The position numbers and the translations under genes were made by a program. Below, piece by piece: positions 50,691 to 64,000 of a DNA stretch of 64,000 nucleotides (position 1 is its first letter; every line of letters starts with the position of its first letter). The notes beneath the pieces are model-generated. The model was given only the letters and a program-made list of their open reading frames with translations. It did no database searches and was not told the origin of the DNA. Source of the DNA: Octopus vulgaris (lineage: Eukaryota); assembly GCA_951406725.2 (NCBI GenBank), contig OX597824.1, positions 33,604,001 through 33,668,000 of the forward strand. Reading direction: 5' to 3'.

Positions 50691-52915
50691 AAAGGTCCAA
50701 GGGAAGACGGAAAAAGAAAATCGCCAACGATACACACGCGGTCACATATTAAATGACTGGAAGGGAATGGGTGAAGAAAAAGTTCTTTCAAAGACAAGAG
50801 AGTGCAAGAGAAGGGGGTATGTGTGGGTATGTGCTTGCGCGCAGTTCTCTGTGTGTATGTATGTGTATGTATGTATGTGTGCGTGTGTGTAATGATAGCA
50901 CTGTGTCTGTGTGTGTGTGTGTGTGGCTGTGGCTGTTAATCTACGTGTGTAGTTGGGCTTAGTATCGTTTAAGGTCATGGGAGGCTCCTGTTGTGTGTCT
51001 ACCTACACATGTGCGTAGGAGAATGGTCAGTGGAAGGTACTGGTAGTTTGAAGTATGTGTGTGTGCGTGTATGTATATGTAGCGTGTGTGTGTTTTGTTT
51101 GCAGTGTGTATGTGTGTTTATGTATGTATGTGTGTGTGTGTGTTCGTGTGTGTATGCGTAGGGGATTGTGTGGGGAGTAACTGTGCTTTACTGTATGCGT
51201 GCGTGTGTGCTTGTATGTGCGTATGTGCGTATACATGTATTTATAATTGTGTGCGCGCGCGCGTGTGTGTGTGTGTGTGTCTATATGTGTATGCGTATGC
51301 GTCTGTGCGTGTATGCATATATTGTGAGTGTATGTATATGTATGGGTGTGTTTGTGAATTTGTGTATGCGTGTGTGCGCGGGTTGCATGGGTTTTTTTGT
51401 GGGGTTTGTGTAGGCGTAATGTGCGTACCTGTGTGTATGTGCGTGCTTATATATATATAAACACACGTCTGGCTTCTTTCAGTTTCCGTCTACCAAATCC
51501 ACTCACAAGGCTTTGGTTGGCCCGGGACTATAGTAAAAGCTGTGAGTGAACTCGGAAGAATGTGGTTGAGAAACAATTTGCTTACCAGACACCCATTCCT
51601 GTGCATCACACCGTGATTACCAAAAAACAGAAAATAAAAAAGACATTCAGCCTAGTTTGATAAAGGCAGGACGTAAAAGGTGTAGACTTTCTGCTTACCA
51701 TATTCTAATATGCGTGTTTCGAGGATAGAACTTTTCAAGACTGGACAGATTCCATTCTTTGCCTCTTTAAGAGTGGATCAAAGATACTACCAAGTGATAG
51801 CAACCACATAAACCTCTCTGCAATCAGTGGAAGATAAAGTCTGGACTAGGTTGGCGCTTCTTAATCTCTTGTTCATGACCCTTGGCTCCAACTGCCGTCC
51901 CCGAATCACAGAGTGGTTTTCATTCTAAAAATGGAACAATAGACATAATATTCACAATTCTTCACGCTTGAAGATAACATTCAGGTCTTGCATGACAACA
52001 TCAAAATATGAGTTGGATCTGCTTTAATGGAGAACTTTGGAGCCGATCTGTGTTGAGTGAAGAATAAAGAAAAATGGTCTACTTGCTTTCGTCTTTTTTT
52101 TTCTTTTTGCCCTTTTTTCGCTAAAAAGAGCTGATGACAACATTGGCATCTCTATAAGGAAAACGGTTTGACATTCGTCTATCTCTTGTGCCACCAAAGC
52201 ACTCCATTGGCCCAGTTGGAGACTTGCTGCATGCAAAAGGCTGTTATCTTATTTACTTGTGCAGAGGTCAACTTACAAACACTGAATGACTGTTTTTTGC
52301 TGCAGCGTGTGGGGAATTGGGTCAATTAACGCTCAGACATTTGCGAAACATGAACCGGCAATTGAAAAGCAATATCATCCATCTACCATTTAAGCCAAGG
52401 CGTTGCGGCTAAAGTTTGCATACATCAGTAATACACTTTCTCAGTTCATACTCTGAACGAAGAAATCAACCTCAGCATTTCTAAAGATGCTGATGCAAAT
52501 GGAAAGTGAGGAAGGATGGTTCGGTCACAGTTGAATATTAAATTGATATGTGTGGGTGCTTACGTGTGCGTGTGTATGTGTGTGTGTGTGTGTGAACAGT
52601 TTTCACTGGTAAGAACAAAAAAAAAGCTTCTAAAATGGAAAGTGACATTGGAAGTATTGCTTTGGTTCCGTGGTAAAATGTCAGTCGTGTTTATAGAAAA
52701 TGTGGGTTCGAATCCCATAGACAGCGTTCGCTATTTCTACCCAAATTTTTTAAACTCAACAACTACAGGCTTTATAGGAAATGACTGTAAATATTGACTT
52801 CACACAAACACGTTGCTTCCCGATACAGGCACAAGGCCAGCAGAACTATAAATATTGAAAATTGTACCCACACACGCACACATATATACACGCGCGCGCT
52901 CCCCAACATACATAT

Positions 52916-52972
<57 letters not shown>

Positions 52973-53523
52973 CACACATACATACATATAGCTCTTCCTG
53001 TCCTAAACGAACTTACTTTTCCAGCTCAAATTCAGTCAAGCGGAAAATACACTCCTTAACTACACGCTAAAAAGCTATTCAAAATATCCACATGACGTCT
53101 ACTGACCAGCCTGAACAATAAGAATTTTCAACAACGCTATTTTCGAAAACTCCATACACCACCCACCACAACTTTCATTCTAAACATTCACGTGAACTCT
53201 CTATTATGACCACATTCACGTGACCTCTTTATTATGACCAATAAGAAATTTTAGGCGCGAAACCAAGCAAATTTTAAACAACTTCGAGCCTCTTTTTTCA
53301 CATATAAGAGACAGCAAACCCAACATAAAGTCAGATAAGAGAAAAAAATCAATCAGAAAGGAACTCTATCTCACTCAAAATATCTTTTGATAAGCATAAC
53401 AAATGCGCAACCGGTAAAAAGAACTTTCACCTAATTAAATACACTCTCCCTTACTTAAATTATTTTGTCAGCATTTTCTTCATTTCCTTTTTTATATATC
53501 ACAACTCGTGTTCCACATCTCCT

Positions 53524-53583
<60 letters not shown>

Positions 53584-54511
53584 GCCTGTGTCACTCCTCC
53601 GCCACCGCTTAACAACCGGTGTTGGTTTGTTTGTTTCTGTTAACTAGCAGTTCAGCATAAAAGACCGATAAAATATGTACCAAGCTTTAAAACAAAAGAA
53701 AACACAAGTACTGGGATCGATTTTTCTAACTAAAACCTTTCAAGGTAGTGCTCCAGTATGACCGCAGTCCAATGACTGAAACGAAAGGCAAAAGATGAAT
53801 CAGAATTGAAAAATACGATCTTGAAAGCATTTTTAATTGTAACTTTTAAACTATGCTTTTATTCTCCGAGTTTGCTAATTGTTTTATTCGTTTGAATTCA
53901 TTTCTATGGAAAATGGTGAACCAATTAAAACATTTCTAGTTTGATTTATTATATTTGTTGGAACACGTCGCTGGAGATAATTGCTTTTGTTATTAGTATG
54001 AGGCGTCCGAGAAATTGCACAAAAGTGAGTGTGTGTGGGAGAGGGGGTGGGACTGGAGAGAGATGATAGAGAGCGGAGGAGGAGCGGGAGAGAGATGAGA
54101 GTGAGAGAGTTTGGGGAGAGGGGCTTAGATTTATGTAGCTGGTCAGTAGTTTATTAGAAAACCGAGGAAGACGAGTTAAAACGTCATCTGAAAAATATTG
54201 TGAGAAAGTGAAACAGGACAACTAAAAGGTCAGCATCAACGACAACAACAACAATAGCAAAAACAGAAACCTCGATATTTATTTTTCAGATTTAATTGAG
54301 CTGCAGGCACTGACCCTTGCATCAATGCAATAAAGGGCGACCCTAACAACGATATCATAATTGTCTACACTTGTAGAATGCACATTGTTTTAAGCGAAAA
54401 AAACATATTTATATATAGCTTTTTCATTAAAGAACAAGGGGAGACGCGTAGGATAGCGAGCCGCTGAAGAGATCACAGGATGTGTGACGAAAGAACTTTG
54501 ACAAAGAAACT

Positions 54512-54513
54512 AA

Positions 54514-54565
<52 letters not shown>

Positions 54566-54585
54566 GTAATAATAATAATAGTAAT

Positions 54586-54677
<92 letters not shown>

Positions 54678-54912
54678 GAAGAAGAAGAAGAAGAAGAAGA
54701 AGGAGGAGGAGGAGGAGGAGAATGAAGAAGAAGAAGAAGAAGAAGAAGGAGGAGGACGACGACGACGACGACGACGAGGAGAGGAGGAAGAAGGAGAAGA
54801 AGAGGGAGGAGGAGGAGGAGGAGGATGAGGAGGAGAAGAAGAAGAAGAAGAAGAAGAAGAAGAAGAAGAAGAAGAAGAAGAAGAAGAAGAAGAAGAAGAA
54901 GAAGAAGAAGAA
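54512..54912 (+). repeat. Compound (TAA)n/(GAA)n/(GGA)n/(GAC)n microsatellite
   Basis: Read directly. Confidence 0.95.
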
Positions 54913-55026
54913 GGGAAGGCTGAAGTGAAGACCAAATATATTGTGTGTCTTTCATTGATAAAATATGATCATTCCAAAGAACAGAAGAATATATTATTCC
55001 AACAAAAAATATATAAGATAGTCTCA

Positions 55027-55680
55027 AGGCGGCGAGATGGCAGAATCTTTAGGATTCCAGACAAAATGCTTAGCGGCATTTCGTTCGTTTTTACCTTCTG
55101 GGTTCAAATTCCACCGAGGTCGACTTTGCCTATCGTCCTTCGAGATCGATAGAATAAGTACCAGTTAAGCACTGGGGTCGGTGTAATCGACTAGCTCCCT
55201 CCCCCGAACTTACTGGCCTTGTGCCAAACTTTGACACCACTATATAAAATAGTCAATCTGTTGTCATTTTTTAACTGTATTTAAGTCATTTAAGAAACAA
55301 GAATACTGATGTCCTCGCATAGAGTGAGGCAGTTGCCAGCCTGAAAGAAATGAGAGGATGCAGTTGTCATAATTACTATTATTATTTATTCTTTTTATCT
55401 CAGGTTTTGTTGTAACTCCTGGAGTCTTGTATGCTTAGTGGGTTTGCTGCTTGCGGCCCAGAAACGTTAGCACGCCGGGCGAAATGCGTAGCCGTATTTT
55501 GTCTGCCGTTGCGTTCTGAGTTCAAATTCCACCGAGGTCGACTTTGCCTTTCATCCTTTCGGGGTCGATTAAATAAGTACCAGTTACGCACTGGGGTCGA
55601 TATAATCGACTTAATCCGTTTGTATGTCCTTGTTTGTCCTCTCTGTGTTTAGCCCCTTGTGAGTAGTAAAGAAATAGGTA
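55027..55680 (+). mobile_element. Two family A SINE copies (55027-55240 and 55459-55680)
   Basis: B-box GTTCAAATTCC and the GTCGACTTTGCCT body. Confidence 0.8.
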
Positions 55681-55819
55681 CCATGCTATCTGTTCTTTTC
55701 AACTAATACTTTCCTGATTATTCTGGCCGTGTCAAGGAGGCAAACAACAGTTTTGATGGGCACTCTATTCTGATTTCCTTTATATTCTTCTTGATATTGT
55801 TGTTATTCCTTTGTAACAC

Positions 55820-58800
55820 AGTGTAGGTAAAAATGCGCCGGAGTCTTTAGTCATCTGTCAAGTCACAACAAGGACCTCAGACAGATGATACTTTCCTTAA
55901 GATGTGCGCTGTGCCCAACAAGGCTGCTTTTTGCAAGACATCAATCTTGCATGGGATTTCCAGTTGCCTTAAGAAGTTTCAATGGGATTGAGCCCAACGC
56001 TCCGATCACCACTGGTATCACTTTTACATTACCCTCTCGCATTCCATACAGTCTTGCCATTTCCACTTTCAATTCGGAGTACTTGGTGATTTTTTTAACT
56101 TTTTTACTCACAGCATTCATGTCATTTGAATGATATGACAGTATTTTTTCTCTCTTATTCAATATGACAATATCCGGCTGACGGTGTTCGATTACAAGAT
56201 CCGTCTGAAAATCATAGTCCCGGAGTATCTTTACTTTTCCATCCTCCTGCATAACTTTACTCGGTACATGCTCATACCAGTTCTCTGTTACTTCATATTG
56301 GTATTTACGGCATAAGAGCCAATGAAGATACACATACACTTTATCGTGGCGGCGCTTGTATTCTTTTTGTGCAAGTCTCTCACATTTTCCACACTTTTTC
56401 CACAGAGTCTGCATTTCTGGGTATCAGAAGTTTTATAGAGTTTATACTTCACTGAATTGGTAGCAAGAGCCTGGTCTTGTGCAGTATTGATCAGGCTTTC
56501 GGTGGTACACTTCAAATCACCTCGCTCAAGCCATGCCCTGGATGCTGTATTATCCTTTCAAACTGTCCATGCATTCTCATTTCAAGGTCTTCTTTTCCTC
56601 GGCTATTTGGTTAAACTCTTCCTTGTCCATCATTTCATCTGCACTTATGCTCATATCTTTCGCGGAATATTGCAGCAGGCCTTCATCAATATTTATCAAA
56701 TACTAGCAAGCGTTCTCCTTTCACTCCTTATAAAATGGTCTATATTAATTAGTCTTCTGCCACCATTATTTCTTTTCATATACAGTCTGTTTACGTTCGT
56801 CAACTTTCTCGTCCTTCTATCCAGTGTTGATATTTCCTCCTTAGTCCATTTGAGGATGGACGCACTATATCTGACCACCGCAACTGCCCAGATATTCAGT
56901 GCGGTAATCAAATTTTTGGTATTCTGGTTGGATTTCAACACCATCTTCACCCTTTTTTAATACGCCTCGCTGACCTTGACTTTCATTTCTCTGTGTAGAA
57001 TGCCATCCAGTTCCAAAATCCCTAAATATCTATACCCACTATCGTTGTGATCACCCATGGTCTCTCCTGATGGTAACCGCAATCCTCTGTAGGCTGCTTT
57101 CTTCCCTCTTTTCATATTAAGTACTGAGAATTTGGTAATCCCAAATTCTCTACCAATGCCCTTACCACACCTCTGGACGGTTTTGGTTAAGGAATCTATC
57201 TGTTTTTCAGATTTCCCAAACATTTTCAGGTCATCCATAAACAGAAGAAGGTTCAATGACGGCCTTTCTTCCCACATGGGTAACCCATCTTAACTTTCCT
57301 AAGTATAACTGTTATGGGTATTAGGGCAATTACAAATAGTAACGGAGAAAACGAGTCACATTGGAAGATTCCCCTTTTAATATTAACTTCTCCAAGGAAT
57401 ACATTACTTGAGTACAATTTGGTTTTCAACTCTTTCATGCTGTGCATCAGAAACATCTACAGGCATTCAGCGATCCAAGAATGAGGGATCATATTATATG
57501 CATTCTTAATGTCAATCCAAGCCACAGACATGTTTGTATGATGTTTTTTTTACAATGCCTCAAAACTGTTTTATCGATGACCAGGTGATCCTTGGTACCC
57601 TGAGAACTATTCTTACATCTTTTTTGTTCCCTTGGTAGTATTTCTTCCTGTGCCAGGAAAGTGTATGTCTTTGCCGCACATATTCCAGTGAATATCTTCT
57701 AAATTTATGTTTATGCTATGGGACGGCAGTTTCCTACAATATTCCCCTTTCTTCTATCTTTCATTATAAGTGTTGTCTTCCAAGTCACCATCCACGCGAG
57801 GACTGTACCTTTCTGGACACACTCATTTAATTGGGCAGCTAGTCTTTCATGCACCGTGTGACATCTCTTCAGCCAAAAGCCATGAATTCCATCTGGTCCG
57901 GGGGCTTGCCAGTTAGGCGCTTTACCTACTTGCTCTTTCACATCACTCGTGCTTATTAACAATATTCCTTTGTTTCTTTCCTCCTTGTAATTCTGTCTTG
58001 ATAGTTCCTATTCACATTGCCTCCCTTTTATGCGCCACATTGTTTCCCCATAATCCACTCCAGAACCCCTTGGCTTGATCTGCATCAGGAGCAACATTTT
58101 CCCCATTGTCACCTTCTAACGTTCGGAAGAATTGCTTCGGGTTATTTTTTAACAATCTTTCTCCTCGAACTGCTTATTTCTGTTCCCCAACAAGTAGTGC
58201 AGTAGCTCAGAGAAAATTTCTTGTTTGTGTTATGTCCTCCATCTGGATGTATGGTATGACAGTATTTATCTTTTGTGTTACTTTATCTATCATACTCCTA
58301 TCTACTCTTCTCATATACATGGAGATTTTTTCTTCTGGAGCATTCATCAAGTCGGTGAATTGTCTTTGAATTTCAAGCAATTCATTATCTAGTTGGTTCG
58401 TTTCCCTTGCATGTCTATCCACCACAGTATCAGGGTTCACTGTAAAACGTTCTTGTTTCTCACCCTTAACAGCTCCATCACCATTTCCCTGTACCGCCTA
58501 TCTACTCTTCTCTCTGCTTTCAGCTCCTATCTTTCTGTTTTAAACTCCGACCATCCTTTGTAGCCCATCCGCAGGGTCTCTCAGACTCTCACTAACCCGA
58601 GATATTTCTACTCCAATTAAGTAACCCTTCCTTCTAATCACTCTCACTTGGTTCATTAGTTTATTTTCTGTCATTGGACACATGTCCTTTTCCATCCAAA
58701 ATTTCAAGGTACGTTGGCCTACTCCACGACTTCTTTCCAGCTTTGCTCTTTCATGACATTCAATAAGCGTATGGTACTCATCTTTTGTCCACTTATGTCT

Positions 58801-58990
58801 ATTTTCGCGCGCACCATTTATGTGATCTGTTGTGCCATAACGATAGTCCGAGACCAGATCACTCCCCCTAATACGGGCGGTTTCAGACGTGCAGGGCGAA
58901 AGACCTTCACCATGATCAGCTATAGCTCCATTCTCGCCGTTAATTCTTTCATTGTGTTGATCATGATTTCATGAGTCGTTCGTTGGGTTC
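55820..58990 (-). mobile_element. Near full-length decayed R4/Dong LINE (about 3.2 kb)
   Basis: Collinear fragments: RHKWTKDE, NWQAPGPDG, GNCRPIA, RGIFQCDSFSPLLF, LLFMDDLK, YRYLG, CRLC, RHDKV, HRQPDIV (RLE) and PVVIGALG. Confidence 0.9.
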
Positions 58991-60569
58991 CCACGAGAGT
59001 TGTTATTGAGATCCCATCTCTTTCTTCGTCACTTTATTTGTATATACACGTGCACATGTATGTACATACACACATATATAAATAACGTGCTCGCATTGTG
59101 TCGTCTCCGTAACCACAGTGATTACCGTTATCACCATCGCTCTACCTATAGCATTTAAAAATATCAATAATAATATGGGATCCGGTATATTGCAGCAGAT
59201 CTTCATCACTATTTATCAAATACACAGCAAGCGTTCTCCTTTCGCTCCTTATACAATGGCCTATACTAATTAGTCCTCTGCCACCATTCCTTATTTTCAT
59301 ATACAGTCTGTTTACGTTTGCAGTTAACACTTGATACTATTTTTTGCGCTCTCTGCATGAATGGTAATCCAGGGATCATTCAACTAATTTTTAGTTCCTT
59401 TACTGATCATTTCAAGTGCTCCCACATTCACTGGTATTGTAACCGTCTTGAGATGCTATCTTTGCGCCAACAACTGTCGTCATCTGCCCACCGTTCTCTT
59501 TTGGTTTTGTTTTTCGCTTGGGCAGAGACATAAGTAGAGGAGCCTTTCTGTTCATATGTAACTTTTCCGCCGACCACCGTCTCTTGTTGTATGCTATTTT
59601 TGTTTTCGTATCTTAAGCGCCTCACGCTCATAGATAGAAATTAGCCTTTATTTGTTTTCGAAGTTTTATTTCCGGGCATATCTGTTTTTATCTCTATTTA
59701 AAAAAAGACGTGTTACATTTTATATTTATTTTTATTATGTGTCTCTTCTAGTTTGTTTAAACACATCATCATTATTATTATTACTATCAATAATATTAAC
59801 ACGCTAACTTTTGGTTTTTGCACGTACCTGTTGTGTGCTTCACACTTCTTTGAAGTGGCAAAGCGAAAGAGGACAGAGAGAAAGTGAGAGAGGGAGAGAG
59901 ACAGTGAGTGGTGACGGCATTCGTCTTTTGTTTTTATATGTTTCAGAGAGGACATAGGAGAGAGAAAAATAGAATGAGAGAGAAAGTGAGAGAGTGAGAT
60001 AGAAAGAAAGAGAGTGAAAGTGACAGTGAGTGGTGACGACGTTTGTTTTGTATTTTTAAATGTTTATCACATCGCAAGTGAAGTAGATACATAGATACAT
60101 ATACACATTGTTAAACCAAAAGCGGGAGAGAAGAGTGACACAAAGGAAGTGAAAGAGAAAGAGAGAAAGTGATACAGAAGATACATAAATCCAAAGAAAA
60201 GTTAATAGATACATAGACACATCGAATATTAGCTGTCAATTCCACTTTTCATTACCACACGAGGATAAAATTAACTCACAAATGGCTGAGTACTCCACAG
60301 ACATACATAACATTAACGTAGTTCTCAGGGAGATTCAGCCTCACACAGAATATGACAAGGCTGGCCCCTTTGAATTACAGCTACAACTCGAGACATATAT
60401 AAATAAATGTATTTGTGTGTGTGTGTGTGTGTGTGTAGTTTAGGTTAGTTAAAACATGCTTGCAATAATAAGTGTTGCGTGAGGGAAATAAAAGCAATTA
60501 CTAAACTTTCATTCATAAATCCATTTATTATTTCATTCTTTTGCATTTCAATTTCTACATTTGTACCCA

Positions 60570-61256
60570 GAAATTTTCAACAGCTGCACGCCAGAAGAAA
60601 TGGAAAAACGAGTAATTTTATTTCCTAGAAATTCTGTTTTGCAATAAATGAAAAAGTTCTTAATATTATATTAGAGGCACTTAAAACGTACTTAAGCACA
60701 GATTCAGTGTCCTACAATAATGAAGAAGAGGTTCAGAATTATCCATTTGAATTCATAAACTCACTCATTCCACCCGGCATGCCACCTCATCACCTCAACT
60801 TAAAAGTAGGGGCTATTGTAATGCTGCTAAGAAATCTTTCACTCAGTCAAGGATTATGTAATGAAACTCGCATGAAAGGGCAAAGACTTAATGAACATTG
60901 TGTAGAGGCATCATTGGTAACAGGCTCCAACAGAGACCGTACAGCACTAAATTCCCAGAATTAAACTTAGCCCAAGTGATGTAAATATTCTATTCAGACA
61001 AAACAAACTTCAGTTTTCACTTCGACTTGCATATTCAATGACAATTAATAAGGCTCTGAGAGCAAACATTTGAAGAAGTTGGAATACATTCGCCTCAACC
61101 GGTATTTTCTCATGGCCAATTATATATCGCATTTTCAAGAGCATGAGCTATGAACAATATCAAAGTAAGGGTTATGTCACTCAATTGGGATAACAGACAA
61201 GGCCAAAAACGTGGTGTGACATACACACAAAATATTGTCTACCATGAATCACTGTG
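60570..61256 (+). pseudogene. Helitron PIF1-type helicase C-terminal fragment
   Basis: YPFEFINSL.PPGMPPHHLNLKVGAIVMLLRNL..GLCNETR, LAYSMTINKA, PVFSHGQLYIAFSR and TQNIVY. Confidence 0.85.
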
Positions 61257-61428
61257 AGGAAGACCACCGCACCAGCTAGCATCAACACCACACCAGCCGC
61301 TCCATCATTACACATCCACATTACACCTTTAAGATCGGGGGACCAGTTAGGGGCCCGCTGGATCTCTCTCAGCGTATCAGCAAACCACAAAGTCGCACCA
61401 GCCAGCATCACCACTACCTCCAAGCCCG

Positions 61429-61497
<69 letters not shown>

Positions 61498-62271
61498 CAT
61501 GTATGCGTGTATGTATGTATGTATGTATGTATGTATGTGTGTATGTATGTATGTATGTATGCATGTTTGTATGTATGTATATGTATATCAGTGTGTATGT
61601 TTGTGTCTACGTTTGTCTCACCACTACCATTGCTTGACGACCGATGTTGGTGCGTTTGCGTCCCTGTAATTTAGCTTTTAGCAGAAGAGACTAATAGAAT
61701 AAAGCACCAGGCTTACAGGGAATAAGTCCGGGGATCAATTTTTTCGACTAAAGGGAGGTGCTCCAGCATGGCCACCGTCAAATGACTGAAACAAGTAAAA
61801 GAATAAAAGAATACCAGAAAAACATTCCGTCCCACTAAACCATGAAGGTCCTTTGAATATGTACGATGAATTTTAAGGTTAAATAGTAATTCTGTTTACG
61901 TTTGTGTAACTAAGATATTTTGGTTGGATTATATAGTCATTGGTGTTACGTTACTTTCTATATTCTGTAACTGTCGTAAAATATTTTTCTAGGCCTGAAA
62001 TTTTTGTGGGAAGGGAGCCAGTTGATTAGATTGACCCCAGTACACAACTGGTACTTAATTCATCGACCCCGAAAGGACGAAAGGTAAAGTCGACCTCAGC
62101 AGAATTTGAACTCAGAACGTAAAGACAGACGCTCATAATATGCAAACATTTCTCATGGCACCAGTACACTGTTTACAAATGCTTACATTTTTTTGTTTTC
62201 CGTGAATTTTTCACAGGTCCAGCTAGTTGTTGCTGTTGTTATTATTATTATTATTATTATTATCATTATTA

Positions 62272-62321
<50 letters not shown>

Positions 62322-62604
62322 GTTATTGAGTTTATCGAAAGGTAGGTAAAACTTGCGAAAATGGCAAGAGTGGATGGTACCTCTCTCAGTGTAGACTTGT
62401 AAGTTGGAGAGAAGGAAATTGGAGAGAGCACTTGCTCTTGGACACTTGCTCAGGGAAATTTCGGACTGTGGGATTCCTTGATTATCCCTATAAGTAATCC
62501 TGTATCAGGAGGGCTACATCTCTATCAGCCTCCACCCACTTTTTATTTAAACCTCTGTATAGTATGTATGTGTCCCTTCCTTTTCAATGTATGCCGTGTA
62601 TACT

Positions 62605-63011
62605 CTCTCTTTTACTCTTTTACTTGTTTCAGTCATTTGACTGTGGCCATGCTGGAGCACCGCCTTTTAATCGACAACTCGACCCCGGGACTTATTCTTT
62701 TGTAAGCCCAGTACTTATTCTATCGGTCTCTTTTGCAGAACCGCTAAGTGACGGGTACGCAAACACACCAGCATCGGTTGTCAAGCAATGCTAGGGGACA
62801 AACGCAGACACACAAACACACACACGCATATATATATACATATATACAACGGGCTTCTTTCAGTTTCCGTCTGCCAAATCCACTCACAAGTCTCTGGTCG
62901 GCCCGAGGCTATAGTAGAAGACACTTGCTCAGGGTGCCACGCAGTGGGACTGAACCTGGAACCATGTGGTTGGTAGACAAGCTACCTACCACACAGCCAC
63001 TCCTGCGCCTA
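62605..63011 (-). mobile_element. SINE family B, full length
   Basis: Matches 12745-13247. TATGCCGTGTATACT is duplicated at both flanks as the TSD. Confidence 0.9.
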
Positions 63012-63149
63012 TGCCGTGTATACTTACCTTTTTCTTTTTTTTTTATTTCATTATATGTAAATCCCCACACTTTATATCTGTCTTTGTATTGTCGCCCTCA
63101 TTCTTCACCCTTGTGGCAAATAAATGAAATCATTATTATCATTACTATC

Positions 63150-64000
63150 TTCTCTTTATCACAGGTTTTGTTGCTGCTTCTGGACTTTTGCATGCGTAGC
63201 AAGCTTACTACCTGCAGTTTACGGTACCAAGCCATTTGTTCTTTTCAACTATCTAATACTTTCCTGATTATTTTGGCCGTGCCAAGGAGGCAAACCTTTC
63301 GTAACAGTTCTACTGAGCACTCTATTCCAATTTCCTTTACATTCCTTTTGATGCCTTCTGATACTGTTCCTAAAGACTCAACAATAATTGGCACTATCTT
63401 CACTTTCTTCATTTCCCACAGCCGGGCTATTCCGTACTTAAGTGAGTTGTATCTATCTTTCTTTTTATCTTCTTTCTTGACTATTCGTTGGTTAAAGGAG
63501 CATGCAACATCAACTATATAGCATATGTGATGCACCTTGTCCCCCACCACTATTTCCGGTCTGTTATGCTCTACCACCTGACCTATTTGTATTGGGAAAT
63601 CCCAGAGGATTTTATTAGTGTCCGACTCCGCCACTCTCTGCGGTTTGTTCTCAAACCACGTGTTACCTCTCTTTAGTCCCCACTTTTCGCACTGTTTCCA
63701 ATGTAGCACTTTCGCTAACTGGTCGTGTCTCCACAACTTGTGGTTTTGGGCAAGTCTAGGGTATTCATCCGTGATATGGGCAATGGTTTCATCCACTCTA
63801 TTACAGATGTGGCACAGCGGAGACACATGCTCATTCCTACGGTTGACCCTCCAGTTCATGGGTAGAGCTTTGTCCTGCGCTACCAGTATAGTGCTCCCGG
63901 TCTCTTTTTTTAGTGTTCCTTTCATCAGCCAATCCCACCTATTTTTTCCAGTAACTAAATGGAATTGATTGTGTAGTTCCTTGTTGCGTAATTCTTCTTC
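63150..64000 (-). mobile_element. R4/Dong LINE 3' region (zinc knuckle and RLE)
   Basis: ORF 63245..63925 gives AQDKAL..CHIC..ETIAHI..RHDQLA..KILWDF..NRPEIV..IVDVAC..KK.RY. Confidence 0.9.

Noticed and set aside
58820-58990. HDV-like ribozyme at the 5' end of the Dong element
   Set aside because: It is plausible for this clade, but I could not assemble P1-P4 by eye.

Overview
This is eukaryotic, AT-rich, repeat-saturated genomic DNA. The SINE and microsatellite repertoire looks like an octopus (coleoid cephalopod) genome, which is an inference. No intact protein-coding gene is supported, and nearly all long ORFs in the track are microsatellite artefacts. The window is a mosaic of decayed mobile elements: R4/Dong-clade LINEs tied to (TAA)n arrays, an RTE LINE, a Tx1/L1-like 3' end in (GATA)n, at least four tRNA-derived SINE families, Tigger/pogo, an IR/DR Tc1 (DD34E), mariner fragments, a hAT MITE, Helitrons, and many Penelope-like (PLE) remnants (GIY-YIG fragments and inverted or tandem terminal repeats). 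The most interesting signal is at the RNA level. The PLE-like repeats carry many minimal hammerhead ribozyme motifs, including G3-C8, U3-A8, C4 and A9-insertion core variants. Three sequence-divergent repeats (about 26.5 kb, 46.7-47.0 kb and 47.7 kb) share a non-circularly permuted, pseudoknotted hammerhead architecture supported by covariation across up to five helices. Large nested inverted duplications (31.9-47.2 kb) and a Helitron-bounded 2.2-kb tandem duplication are also present. Coordinates were read by eye and element boundaries are approximate unless motifs are quoted.
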